A stretch of 24,000 nucleotides of DNA from Bacteroidales bacterium. Lineage in GTDB: Bacteria > Bacteroidota > Bacteroidia > Bacteroidales > UBA7960. Position numbers and translations under genes: made by a program. The notes under the pieces are model-generated. The model had not been told where the DNA came from. It saw only the letters and a list, made by a program, of their open reading frames with translations, and did no database searches. The stretch is from the NCBI GenBank assembly GCA_003557805.1, contig PWNY01000065.1, forward strand, positions 1-24,000, read 5' to 3'. Positions within the stretch are counted from its first letter, which is position 1, and each line of letters starts with the position of its first letter. Positions 8,541 to 17,320 of this stretch are shown piece by piece.

Positions 8541-9728
8541 TTATACGAATTTTTGATATACCTGCCACCACTTCTCCGGAATTTCGTTACGGCAGGCTTC
8601 CTCATAATCCCTGTATGAACAGGGCACAAGAAACTGCCTGTTGTATTTCCTCTTCATTTTAGCAGGGCATGGAACCTCCATCCACCACCTGTCACTCTTT
8701 TTGCTTTTATAAAAATTTATCTTGTTCTGAAAGTCCCTTATTGACACCACATATTTTACAAAGTCACCTGATTCCTTGATGCCTGTATCCGGAAAATCAT
8801 TCTTGCGGTGATAAAACCCGTCAATAAAATACCATATCATCTGCGCAGTAAGGTGGGCAGTCTGTTCTCCTTTGTCGAATGCGGGGTTGAGCTCGTAGAA
8901 CCCGATTGAGCTTAGTTTGTCACTTAAGCCGGCGTACCTCACGATGCGGCAGGCCTCTTCTCCATATAGGCCGTTTGGTGAGGCATGGGCGTTGCCGGGT
9001 GCATCCGACTGCCTTATGCTGGACAGGTCAAAACTGAGCATATCTGCGTTCCTTACAACAGGCTCAACCTCTTCCATATTGTTTCTTACCACCCCGAGGC
9101 GGTAGGTGTCAAAATAGAGCTTTTCCATCAACTCGATGGCGTCCTGGTCAACAAAATATGTCTGATAACCAATATTGGTATAATTGAAAAGGTAGTTTGG
9201 TTTACGGGTGAGAATAGAGCTTAGGTAGTTTCTGCTGTTCAGCTCCTCCTCTTTTTTTATGCCAATATCGAAGCAGGAATCAACCGAAACCATACTGATT
9301 ATCTGTCCAAGCGACTCATAGGCAAGGTAGTTTGCATAGCTTATGTCCTGGCCGCCTCCGATTATAAGCGGCAGGGTATTTTGTTCCAGCAACCTGGCAA
9401 CTACAGTTTTTACCGCAAAGTAGGTATCACTGACACTGTCTCCTGCCAGGATATTACCAAGATCAACAATCTTTGGGCTGAGCGGGCCCTGGTAAAGGCG
9501 GTAAAGGTATTTCCTGACATAGTCAGGGGCAATGGAACATCCCTCATTGCCCGGGGAGTTACGGTCGTCCATTACTCCGATTATGGCAATGTCTGCGCTG
9601 CCTGTGTCGGGGAACTCCCCGTCAGCTGCATACATACTGACAGACCTGCCCAGAACTAAGGGGTGGGCAGTTGCCTTACCGGTGAACATCCCGGTATCAA
9701 GGGGTTCGAAAAGGTCAGCAATATTCAT
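8541..9728 (-). CDS. Arginase/agmatinase/formimidoylglutamase-fold protein with non-canonical metal-site motifs and a C-terminal extension of about 70 aa
   Basis: 395 aa. Ureohydrolase-fold landmarks appear in the expected order: IAIIGVMDD, IIGGGQDISYANY (compare GGGHE/GGDHS), VSVDSCFDIG (compare DAHxD) and LSFDLSSIRQSDAPGNAHASPNGL (compare SxDxDxxDPxxAPG). It starts 18 bp after the topA stop. Confidence 0.7.
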   Translation of the reverse strand: MNIADLFEPLDTGMFTGKATAHPLVLGRSVSMYAADGEFPDTGSADIAIIGVMDDRNSPGNEGCSIAPDYVRKYLYRLYQGPLSPKIVDLGNILAGDSVSDTYFAVKTVVARLLEQNTLPLIIGGGQDISYANYLAYESLGQIISMVSVDSCFDIGIKKEEELNSRNYLSSILTRKPNYLFNYTNIGYQTYFVDQDAIELMEKLYFDTYRLGVVRNNMEEVEPVVRNADMLSFDLSSIRQSDAPGNAHASPNGLYGEEACRIVRYAGLSDKLSSIGFYELNPAFDKGEQTAHLTAQMIWYFIDGFYHRKNDFPDTGIKESGDFVKYVVSIRDFQNKINFYKSKKSDRWWMEVPCPAKMKRKYNRQFLVPCSYRDYEEACRNEIPEKWWQVYQKFV

Positions 9729-9746
9729 CTTGCCGTAAAAATCCGT

Positions 9747-12089
9747 TTATTTGCCTTTTTTGGCCGATGGTTTTTTCCTTGTTTTACGGATTTTTTTGCC
9801 TGAGGTTCCAGCTTCTATGATTTTTTTGACTTCTTCAAGGGTAAAATCTTCCGGCTGCTTGTCCTTTGGGAGCTTGTAGTTCTTCTTGCCGGCTGAGACA
9901 TAAGGCCCGTACTGCCCTTTCATTATCCTTATACCGGGTTCTTCATCAAACTCCTTGATTATCCGTTTGCGCATCTCCTCCCTCTTTTCCTCGATTATCC
10001 CGATCGCACTGGCAGTTGAAATTGTTAAGGGGTCTTCATCACCCGGAATGGAATAGAATTGACCATCATGGCGTATATAAGGTCCGTAGCGACCAACAGC
10101 TACAACAATTTCCTTGCCCTCGAATTCACCCGCCTGTCGGGGCAGTTTGAAAAGCTCAAGGGCCTCCTCAAGGCTTATGCTGTCAAGGCTCTGATCTTTG
10201 CGAAGGCTTGCGAAGCTGGGCTTTTCCTCTTCGTTGGCATCACCGATCTGTATCATTGAACCGAAACGGCCTATCCTTGCATAGACATTCCTTCCGCTTT
10301 TGGGATCCTTGCCAAGCAGCCTCTGTCCCTTCTGTTTTTCTGATGTTTTCAGGGTGCTCTCAACCTGTTTATGGAAAGGCCAGTAAAAATCTTCAATCAC
10401 GCTCTCCCACTGCTTCCTGCCTCCGGCAACCTCATCAAATTCCCTCTCAACCCTGGCGGTGAAGTTATAATCCATTATGTCAGTAAAATACTGCATCAGG
10501 AAATTATTTACCACTATGCCTATATCAGTAGGGAACAATTTGTTCTTTTCAGCGCCTGTAACCTCTGTCTTTTCTTTGTCAGAGACCTTGCCGTTTTTTA
10601 AGCAAAGTTCATTGTAATTTCTTTTATTCCCTTCCCTGCTTTCCTTGACCACATATGTACGCTTCTGAATAGTACTGATCGTGGGAGCATATGTTGAGGG
10701 GCGACCAATGCCCAGCTCTTCAAGCTTCTTCACCAGGCTCGCCTCGGTATACCTTGGAGGATGCTTTGTGAACTTCTCAGTAGCATTTATCTCATTCATG
10801 CTCAGCTCTTCCCCCACTTTTACGGGAGGCAGAATGCCTGTTGTGCCTTCTTCCTCCTCATCGTCGGTAGATTCCAGGTAGACCTTTAAAAAACCGTCAA
10901 ACTTCAGGACCTCTCCGTTTGCAATAAACTTTTTCCCGGAATTTGACACGTCTATGGTAATGGTCGTTTTCTCCAGCTGGGCATCGCTCATCTGGGATGC
11001 TAGCGTTCTCTTCCATATAAGCTCGTACAGCCTCTGCTCGGAGGCATTGGAACTGACTCTTGTTGCGTTCATAAAAGTAGGCCTGATCGCCTCATGTGCC
11101 TCCTGGGCCCCCTTGCTCCTGGTGGTATACCTGCGCAGTTTAACGTAGCCGGAACCATAGTTTTTCTCAATCTCCTCCTTTGCCATTGACATAGCCGAAC
11201 CAGAAAGGTTGTATGAGTCAGTACGCATATATGTTATCTTTCCCGACTCATAAAGTTTTTGTGCCAGCAGCATTGTGCGCGATACCGAAAATCCCAGCTT
11301 CCTGGCTGCTTCCTGCTGAAGTGTTGAGGTTGTGAACGGCGGGGCAGGTGATTTTTTGGCAGGCCTGGTTTCGACATTTTCGATTGTGAACGCTGCATCC
11401 CTGCATTTCTCAAGGAATGCAATGGCTTCTTCCTTTTTGCTGAAACGTTCCGGAAGTTCAGCCCTGATACTGGACCTTTTGCCATCATGCACCACATCAA
11501 ATATACCAATGACGCGGTATGCACCAGAGGGCTTGAAGTCCTGTATCTCCCTCTCCCTTTCGACAATGAGCCGGACTGCCACTGATTGAACCCGGCCGGC
11601 AGAGAGGGCAGGTTTTACTTTTTTCCATAGCAGCGGTGAAAGCTCAAAGCCTACCAGCCGGTCAAGGATGCGCCTTGCCTGCTGGGCCATTACCAGGTTG
11701 AAGTTTATATCGCGGGGGTTTTTGATCGCTTCAGTGATGGCTTTCTTTGTAATCTCATGAAAGACAATACGCTTACAGGAAGCTTCCTTCAGCCCAAGGC
11801 TTTCGGCCAGGTGCCAGGATATTGCCTCCCCTTCACGGTCCTCATCAGTTGCCAGCCAGACAGTGTCAGCCTGTTTTGCAATCTTTTTCAAATCGCTTAC
11901 AACCGATTTCTTGTCCCTGGGTATTTCATATTCAGGTTTGAAACCCTTGTCGATATTTACCCCCAGGGTGTTTGTGGGGAGGTCACTTACATGACCAAAG
12001 CTAGACTTAACAGTGTAGTCCTTCCCCAGGAAACCCTCAATTGTCTTTGCTTTTGCCGGTGACTCGACTATTACAAGGTTCTTTGCCAT
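9747..12089 (-). CDS. topA: DNA topoisomerase I (type IA)
   Basis: The TOPRIM N-terminus reads MAKNLVIVESPAKAKTIEGFLG and the acidic motif LATDEDREGEAISWHL is present. The active-site Tyr lies in GKITYMRTDS. There are C-terminal Cys-less Topo_C repeats (GRYGPYIRHDG, KGQYGPYVSAG) and a Lys-rich tail. The tracked ORF runs to 12143. The ATG at 12089 (or 12095) gives the canonical N-terminus. Confidence 0.96.
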   Translation of the reverse strand: MAKNLVIVESPAKAKTIEGFLGKDYTVKSSFGHVSDLPTNTLGVNIDKGFKPEYEIPRDKKSVVSDLKKIAKQADTVWLATDEDREGEAISWHLAESLGLKEASCKRIVFHEITKKAITEAIKNPRDINFNLVMAQQARRILDRLVGFELSPLLWKKVKPALSAGRVQSVAVRLIVEREREIQDFKPSGAYRVIGIFDVVHDGKRSSIRAELPERFSKKEEAIAFLEKCRDAAFTIENVETRPAKKSPAPPFTTSTLQQEAARKLGFSVSRTMLLAQKLYESGKITYMRTDSYNLSGSAMSMAKEEIEKNYGSGYVKLRRYTTRSKGAQEAHEAIRPTFMNATRVSSNASEQRLYELIWKRTLASQMSDAQLEKTTITIDVSNSGKKFIANGEVLKFDGFLKVYLESTDDEEEEGTTGILPPVKVGEELSMNEINATEKFTKHPPRYTEASLVKKLEELGIGRPSTYAPTISTIQKRTYVVKESREGNKRNYNELCLKNGKVSDKEKTEVTGAEKNKLFPTDIGIVVNNFLMQYFTDIMDYNFTARVEREFDEVAGGRKQWESVIEDFYWPFHKQVESTLKTSEKQKGQRLLGKDPKSGRNVYARIGRFGSMIQIGDANEEEKPSFASLRKDQSLDSISLEEALELFKLPRQAGEFEGKEIVVAVGRYGPYIRHDGQFYSIPGDEDPLTISTASAIGIIEEKREEMRKRIIKEFDEEPGIRIMKGQYGPYVSAGKKNYKLPKDKQPEDFTLEEVKKIIEAGTSGKKIRKTRKKPSAKKGK

Positions 12090-12109
12090 AAGCATTGTTT
12101 TTGGAAGGG

Positions 12110-12117
12110 CAAAAGTA
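12110..12117 (-). promoter_or_regulatory. Candidate -7 promoter box (TACTTTTG) for topA
   Basis: The minus strand reads TACTTTTG, matching TAnnTTTG, 15-21 nt upstream of the two candidate topA ATGs. A TTTG lies at 12144-12141, but the 23-nt spacing is longer than the usual 19-21. Confidence 0.3.
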
Positions 12118-12187
12118 ACAAAATAATAACTAACCGTTCCCAAAGCTGTTATTTTGATCTTTATTGGTTAACTGAGAGTATAGAGTG

Positions 12188-12210
12188 GCCGGGTACCATC
12201 CGGCTTTTTT
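12188..12210 (+). terminator. Orphan terminator-like hairpin plus T6 in the topA/miaB divergent intergenic region
   Basis: GCCGG (12188-12192), loop GTACCAT, CCGGC (12200-12204), then TTTTTT (12205-12210). No plus-strand gene lies upstream of it. Confidence 0.35.
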
Positions 12211-12213
12211 GAT

Positions 12214-12221
12214 TAATTTTG
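12214..12221 (+). promoter_or_regulatory. Candidate -7 promoter box (TAATTTTG) for miaB
   Basis: Matches TAnnTTTG, 36 nt upstream of the GTG start at 12257. No clear -33 element is visible. Confidence 0.3.
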
Positions 12222-12256
12222 CATTCTGAAACGCGTTAACAACTGACAGTCAAATT

Positions 12257-13594
12257 GTGAATAAAAAATTATATATAGAGACATATGGATGTCAGATGAA
12301 CTTTTCTGACAGTGAGATAGTCGCCTCGGTAATGACCTCACAGGGCTTTGATGTTACAGATAAACCCGAAGAGGCTGACTGGATTTTCATTAATACCTGC
12401 TCAATAAGGGAGCATGCCGAGAACAGGGTTATCAACCGGTTAAGGGAGCTGCAGCACCTTCGTAAAAAAAAGCGGGGGCTCAGGCTGGGAGTGCTGGGCT
12501 GTATGGCCGAGCGAATGAAGGCTTCGTTGCTTGAGGATGATAAACTGGGAATGAGGATCGATATGGTAGCCGGCCCGGATGCTTACCGCCAGCTGCCTGC
12601 CCTTATGACTGATGTTGAAAGCGGCCAGCAGGCAATTAATGTGATGCTTTCCGCTGATGAGACCTATGCTGACATAAGCCCGGTTCGATATGCAGCAGGC
12701 GGGGTATCGGCATTTGTTTCCATAATGAGGGGGTGTGAGAACTTTTGTGCCTATTGCGTTGTCCCGTTTACCAGGGGGAAGGAGAGAAGCAGGGATCCCG
12801 TGTCGGTGGCCGGGGAGATAAGGCAGCTTGCCGAAGCAGGCTACAGGGAGATTACTCTGCTGGGTCAGAACGTTAATTCCTACAGGTGGAAAGACAATGT
12901 TTCCGGAAAGCTTACCGGGTTCAGCGACCTGATCTCGATAGCAGCCGGGACAGATCCCCGGGTAAGGGTAAGGTTCGCAACCTCCCACCCAAAGGATATT
13001 TCGGAGGAACTACTGCAAAGAATGGCAGAGCATCCCAACATCTGCAGGGCGATCCACCTTCCGGTGCAGTCAGGCAGCACCTCCATACTAAAGAAGATGA
13101 ACCGGAAATACACAAGAAAGACATATCTGGAAAAGATTGGGGCTATAAAAAGGATACTCCCTGAATGTGCCGTATCCACAGATATTATTGCCGGGTTTTG
13201 CGGCGAGACCCAAAAAGATCACGAACAGACCCTGTCGCTGATGGAGGAGGTTGGCTTTGATTTTGCGTATATGTTTAAATATTCTGAACGTCCGGGTACG
13301 CTTGCTGCAAAAAAATTCCGGGATGATTTGCCGGAACAGGTAAAGACCGAAAGACTCAATGAGATCATCAGCAAGCAACAGCAAATATCCATGGAAAGCA
13401 ACAGAAGGGATGTGGGCAAAACATTTGAGGTACTGGTCGAGGGCCTTTCCAAACGCTCCAGTTCCAATGCTATGGGCCGTACTTCACAGAACAAGGTGGT
13501 TGTGTTTCCTGCCGGCACGCATAAGGCGGGGGAGTACGTCAGGGTTAGGATTGACTCATGCACATCGGCTACCCTGAAAGGTAAGGTGGTGTAA
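12257..13594 (+). CDS. miaB: tRNA-2-methylthio-N6-dimethylallyladenosine synthase (radical SAM methylthiotransferase MiaB)
   Basis: 445 aa with a GTG start. The UPF0004 N-domain cysteines are present (YGCQMN, NTCSIRE, LGCMAE), as is the radical-SAM motif CENFCAYCVVPFTRG. A C-terminal TRAM domain follows (FEVLVEGLSK...GRTSQNKVVVF...VRVRI). Confidence 0.95.
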   Translation: MNKKLYIETYGCQMNFSDSEIVASVMTSQGFDVTDKPEEADWIFINTCSIREHAENRVINRLRELQHLRKKKRGLRLGVLGCMAERMKASLLEDDKLGMRIDMVAGPDAYRQLPALMTDVESGQQAINVMLSADETYADISPVRYAAGGVSAFVSIMRGCENFCAYCVVPFTRGKERSRDPVSVAGEIRQLAEAGYREITLLGQNVNSYRWKDNVSGKLTGFSDLISIAAGTDPRVRVRFATSHPKDISEELLQRMAEHPNICRAIHLPVQSGSTSILKKMNRKYTRKTYLEKIGAIKRILPECAVSTDIIAGFCGETQKDHEQTLSLMEEVGFDFAYMFKYSERPGTLAAKKFRDDLPEQVKTERLNEIISKQQQISMESNRRDVGKTFEVLVEGLSKRSSSNAMGRTSQNKVVVFPAGTHKAGEYVRVRIDSCTSATLKGKVV

Positions 13595-13623
13595 ACAGTG
13601 GGTTTAAAACCCGTGGTCTCTGA

Positions 13624-14316
13624 CTAACTGTCAAAGTCTGCTTTTGTTTTCCCGTGTTGAAGCAGAGCCTTTGCAATCAGCAGGTCAGTATCCGTGCTGA
13701 TCTTTATATTTGAGTGTTCCCCGTCGACCAGAAAGAGCCTTTCCCCTTCTGCTTCAACCACGGTTGCGTCGTCTGTGAACTCCTCCCTGTAGTTCTTATT
13801 GTATGCATTTATAAGCATTTCGGACCTGAAGCACTGAGGTGTCTGCACTATCCTTACCCTGTTGCGGGGGCAGGCAGTGCTTAATGCATGGTCTACCAGG
13901 CGAACGGATTCCCTTACAGGTACAACGGGTATTGCGGTGCCGAACCTCTCTGCAAAGTGGAATACCCTGGAGACGAGCCCGGGGGTGATTACTGGCCTTA
14001 CACCGTCATGGACCGCAACTAGCCCTGAAGGGGGAAGTGCCTTCAGGGCGTTCTTAACCGAGTGAAAACGGGTAGGCCCGCCGGCAACAATCCGGTGTCT
14101 TATGTTAAAGGAATGCTCCCTGCAAATCCTTTCCCAGACGCTAATATATTTCTCGGGCAGAACCAGGGTAAACTGAAGTTCAGGCGAATACCTTACGAAG
14201 GGATCAAAGGTGTGTATTAAAACGGGTTTGCCGCACACCCCGGTGAACTGTTTTGGGAGTATGGACCCCAGCCGGCTGCCCTTCCCTCCGGCAACTATTA
14301 TCACATGCTTTTGCAT
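13624..14316 (-). CDS. ispD: 2-C-methyl-D-erythritol 4-phosphate cytidylyltransferase
   Basis: 230 aa. The N-terminal nucleotide-binding motif is VIIVAGGKGSRLGSILPKQF. VAVHDGVRP and IVQTPQCF are typical IspD blocks. Confidence 0.93.
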   Translation of the reverse strand: MQKHVIIVAGGKGSRLGSILPKQFTGVCGKPVLIHTFDPFVRYSPELQFTLVLPEKYISVWERICREHSFNIRHRIVAGGPTRFHSVKNALKALPPSGLVAVHDGVRPVITPGLVSRVFHFAERFGTAIPVVPVRESVRLVDHALSTACPRNRVRIVQTPQCFRSEMLINAYNKNYREEFTDDATVVEAEGERLFLVDGEHSNIKISTDTDLLIAKALLQHGKTKADFDS

Positions 14317-14364
14317 GGGAGAAAATTTTGTGCACCAAATGACCCCCTTATAAAAGCGGGGAGC

Positions 14365-15417
14365 CTAATCCAGTATCAGCATGGCATCGCCATATGTGAA
14401 AAAGCGGTATTTCTCCTTTATTGCTGTTTTATAGACTTTCATCAGCAGGTCAAACCCCGTGAATGCCGCCACCATCATCATCAGGGTGGATTGTGGCAGG
14501 TGGAAGTTGGATACCATTGCATTGGCCACACTGAACTCATACGGAGGGTAGATGAACTTGTTTGTCCATCCTTCGTATGGCTTAAGCTGCCCTGAAATGG
14601 ACACCGATGATTCCATTGCCCTCATGGTGGTTGTACCCACGGCACAAACCTTCCTGCACCTTTCTTTTGCCTTGTTGACGGCTTCTGCGGTCTTTTCCTC
14701 AACAATGAACTCTTCACTGTCCATCTTATGCTTGCTCAGATCTTCCACATCAACACTGCGGAAGTTTCCAAGCCCTGCATGCAGGGTAACCTCTGTAAAA
14801 TCAACTCCCTTCAGCTCAAGCCTTTTTACCAGCTCCCTGCTAAAGTGCATACCTGCCGTGGGAGCTGCCACGGCTCCTTCGCGTTTTGCAAACACAGTCT
14901 GGTACCTTTCTTTGTCATCCTGGTCGACGGGTCTGCGTATTAGTTTAGGAAGGGGGGTCTCTCCGAGGGATTCAATGGTTTTCTTGAATTCATCATAAGT
15001 CCCGTCAAAAAGGAACCTCAGGGTTCGGCCCCTTGATGTGGTGTTGTCTATAACTTCAGCCACGAGGTTTTCGTCCTCACCAAAATAGAGTTTGTTGCCA
15101 ATCCTGATCTTCCTTGCAGGGTCTACCAGTACATCCCACAGGCGGGCATCCCGGTTGAGTTCCCTGAGCAGGAACACCTCTATACGTGCCCCGGTCTTCT
15201 CTTTGGTGCCGTATAGGCGTGCAGGGAAGACCTTGGTGTTGTTGACGACCATTACGTCCCCGTCATCAAAATAGTTAAGTATGTCCTTGAATATTTTGTG
15301 TTCAATTTCACCGGTCCTTTTATGGACAACCATAAGGCGGGACTCATCCCTGTTGGAGGGCGGCCTTTCAGCTATCAGTTCAACAGGCAGATTGAACTTA
15401 AAATTGGATAGTTTCAT
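14365..15417 (-). CDS. queA: S-adenosylmethionine:tRNA ribosyltransferase-isomerase (queuosine biosynthesis)
   Basis: 350 aa. QueA hallmarks present: [64 protein letters not shown] and [12 protein letters not shown]. Confidence 0.96.
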   Translation of the reverse strand: MKLSNFKFNLPVELIAERPPSNRDESRLMVVHKRTGEIEHKIFKDILNYFDDGDVMVVNNTKVFPARLYGTKEKTGARIEVFLLRELNRDARLWDVLVDPARKIRIGNKLYFGEDENLVAEVIDNTTSRGRTLRFLFDGTYDEFKKTIESLGETPLPKLIRRPVDQDDKERYQTVFAKREGAVAAPTAGMHFSRELVKRLELKGVDFTEVTLHAGLGNFRSVDVEDLSKHKMDSEEFIVEEKTAEAVNKAKERCRKVCAVGTTTMRAMESSVSISGQLKPYEGWTNKFIYPPYEFSVANAMVSNFHLPQSTLMMMVAAFTGFDLLMKVYKTAIKEKYRFFTYGDAMLILD

Positions 15418-15475
15418 TTATTTTGAATTAAAATAAAGACAAAACGATAATTATACCTCACACGGGAAAGGCTTG

Positions 15476-15506
15476 CAAAGATAATACAATATAAGTGCCT
15501 TGTCAA
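15476..15506 (-). promoter_or_regulatory. Candidate queA promoter: TTGACA-N17-TATCTTTG
   Basis: The minus strand reads TTGACA (15506-15501), then 17 nt, then TATCTTTG (15483-15476), which matches TAnnTTTG. The spacing from the TTG to the TA fits the Bacteroidota TTTG-N19-21-TAnnTTTG pattern. The element is about 59 nt upstream of the queA ATG. Confidence 0.45.
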
Positions 15507-15522
15507 TAGTAAAGTGTCTTTT

Positions 15523-16242
15523 TCAGGCAGATGGAGGTGATTTAAGGATGCCCCCAAAGTCTTCAGGGGATATTGCCGCTTCGACCGAGTAACTCCCAAT
15601 ATGTGTCCTCCTCAGGGCGGAGAGGTATGCACCGCAACCGGCAAGCTCCCCAAAATCCCTTGCAAGGGAACGTATGTAGGTGCCCCTGGAACATACTACC
15701 CTGAAGTCGACCTCCGGAAGCCTGATACCTGTTATATCGAACTCCTTGATCTCAATGCGGTTGGGGCTGAGAATTGTGTTAAGGCCCTTGCGGGCGTGCA
15801 TGTATGCCCTTTCTCCCCCGATTTTCTTTGCTGAGAAAAGGGGAGGGGTCTGAAGCTGAATACCGGTTAATTTCCCAGCAATACCCTCAAGCAGCACCCT
15901 GTTTATATGGTCAGTGTCCCTGGGGTTTTCCGGGCTTGTCTCCAGGTCATAGGAAGCGGATGTCATACCGAGAAAGAAGGTGCCTGTATATGTCTTGTCC
16001 AAACCCTGGTAACGGTCTATGCTCTTGGTCTGTTTACCTGTACAGATTATCAGCAGGCCTGTTGCAAGGGGGTCCAGTGTGCCCGCATGGCCGACCTTTA
16101 TCTTCTTAATGCCCAGGCTGCGCCTTAACTGTGAGCGTATCCTGCCAACCACGTCAAAGGAGGTCCATTTATAGGGTTTGTCGATGAGCAGCACCTTGCC
16201 CTCTATAAAGGACTGCCTGTCTGAATATGCTTCGTCTGTCAT
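15523..16242 (-). CDS. truB: tRNA pseudouridine(55) synthase
   Basis: 239 aa. LLIDKPYKWTSFDVV and VGHAGTLDPLATGLL (catalytic Asp motif) are present, as is GTYIRSLARD. Confidence 0.95.
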   Translation of the reverse strand: MTDEAYSDRQSFIEGKVLLIDKPYKWTSFDVVGRIRSQLRRSLGIKKIKVGHAGTLDPLATGLLIICTGKQTKSIDRYQGLDKTYTGTFFLGMTSASYDLETSPENPRDTDHINRVLLEGIAGKLTGIQLQTPPLFSAKKIGGERAYMHARKGLNTILSPNRIEIKEFDITGIRLPEVDFRVVCSRGTYIRSLARDFGELAGCGAYLSALRRTHIGSYSVEAAISPEDFGGILKSPPSA

Positions 16243-16245
16243 GAC

Positions 16246-17040
16246 TTACAAGCTTCCGGCAATTATTGCCGTGATACCGGCAATAAGGCAGTATATTGAG
16301 AAATACTCTATCTTACCCCTTCTAACAATATCTAGCATCCAGCGGCAGGCGGCGACACCGGCTATAAATGCAGTTACGGCCCCTATTATAAGGGGCATGG
16401 TGTCGGTTGTGCCCGCACCTGCCTGCTCCGAGACCCTCAGCAGTTTAAGGAAATTGGCTCCAAAAACCGGAATAAGTACCATAAGGAAGGAGAACCGTAT
16501 GGCCTGTACTCTCTTAATACCGAAAAAGAGCGCGGTGCTGATGGTTGCACCACTGCGGCTTATACCCGGTAGTACGGCAAGGGTTTGCGCAAGGCCTATA
16601 ACCAGTGCGCTCTTAAGTGTCACATCCTTTTTACTTTCAGGAGCAAAGCGGGTCAGGAACAAGAGTGTCGCGGTTATAAGCAGCATAGTCCCTACAAAAA
16701 CGACCCTGCCCTCAAATATATGCTCAATCTGCTCCTCGAACAAAAGCCCTACAATTGCGGTTGGCACCGCAGAGGCAAGCAGTAAGAGTGCGAACTTCAT
16801 CTCCGCGTTCCATTGAAAGCGGAAAAAGTTGACCACAAGTGATGCAATATCCCTGTGAAAAACCACTACCACGCTCATAAATGTAGCTCCGTGCACTATT
16901 ATGTTGAAGGTAAAAAAGTCATGCGGGTCTTCCAGGCCGAAAAGTGCGCCTCCAAGTTCAAGGTGTCCGCTGCTGCTAACTGGTAAAAATTCTGTAAGCC
17001 CCTGAAGGAGTCCAAGTATCAATGCTTCAAACCAGCTCAT
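16246..17040 (-). CDS. uppP: Undecaprenyl-diphosphate phosphatase (BacA/UppP)
   Basis: 264 aa polytopic membrane protein. Motifs are GLLQGLTEFLPVSSSGHL and LPGISRSGATIS. Confidence 0.95.
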   Translation of the reverse strand: MSWFEALILGLLQGLTEFLPVSSSGHLELGGALFGLEDPHDFFTFNIIVHGATFMSVVVVFHRDIASLVVNFFRFQWNAEMKFALLLLASAVPTAIVGLLFEEQIEHIFEGRVVFVGTMLLITATLLFLTRFAPESKKDVTLKSALVIGLAQTLAVLPGISRSGATISTALFFGIKRVQAIRFSFLMVLIPVFGANFLKLLRVSEQAGAGTTDTMPLIIGAVTAFIAGVAACRWMLDIVRRGKIEYFSIYCLIAGITAIIAGSL

Positions 17041-17046
17041 TATAAG

Positions 17047-17319
17047 TTATATTAGGGGCTTATTTTTTTTCTGTTTGCCGGCGGTGTTACTTGTCTTTTT
17101 CATTATGGCATATATCTGGATCACATATCCGGCCAGCACCAGTATCGGTGCAAGGGTGATCCTCCTGAAGCTGAATATGTCCTCGCTGAACACTGCCGGG
17201 TCATCGCTGCTGCCACCTATCATGAGCAGAAACCCCAGGGCGGTAACCAGCAGCCCGGCAATCAGCAGCCTGTACTTGTGCTTGTCGAAAAGCAGTACGC
17301 TCTCTTTCTTTTTTTCCAT
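17047..17319 (-). CDS. Small two-TM membrane protein, DUF3098-like
   Basis: 90 aa with two hydrophobic helices (LLIAGLLVTALGFLLMIGG and LAPILVLAGYVIQIYAI). From memory, the position between ftsX and uppP is the usual Bacteroidota context for DUF3098. It is tightly coupled to both neighbours (1 nt and 6 nt gaps). Confidence 0.65.
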   Translation of the reverse strand: MEKKKESVLLFDKHKYRLLIAGLLVTALGFLLMIGGSSDDPAVFSEDIFSFRRITLAPILVLAGYVIQIYAIMKKTSNTAGKQKKNKPLI

Positions 17320-17320
17320 C

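Noticed and set aside
12090-12143. 18-codon N-terminal extension of topA in the ORF track
   Set aside because: Type IA topoisomerases begin right at the TOPRIM strand (M-x-K-x-L-V-I-V-E-S-P). The extension would also overlap the candidate -7 promoter box.
12440-12988. 182-aa minus-strand ORF antisense to miaB
   Set aside because: It is fully nested in miaB, has no family features and shows the skewed composition of a shadow ORF.
13595-13623. Possible terminator hairpin (GGGTTTAAAACCC) between the convergent genes miaB and ispD
   Set aside because: Only a 3-bp GC stem with wobble extensions can form, and there is no flanking T-tract. This is too weak to call.
16178-16816. 212-aa plus-strand ORF antisense to uppP and the truB start
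   Set aside because: It overlaps two strongly supported genes. The Ser/Ala/Thr/Ile-rich translation mirrors the hydrophobic codons of uppP. There is no independent start context.
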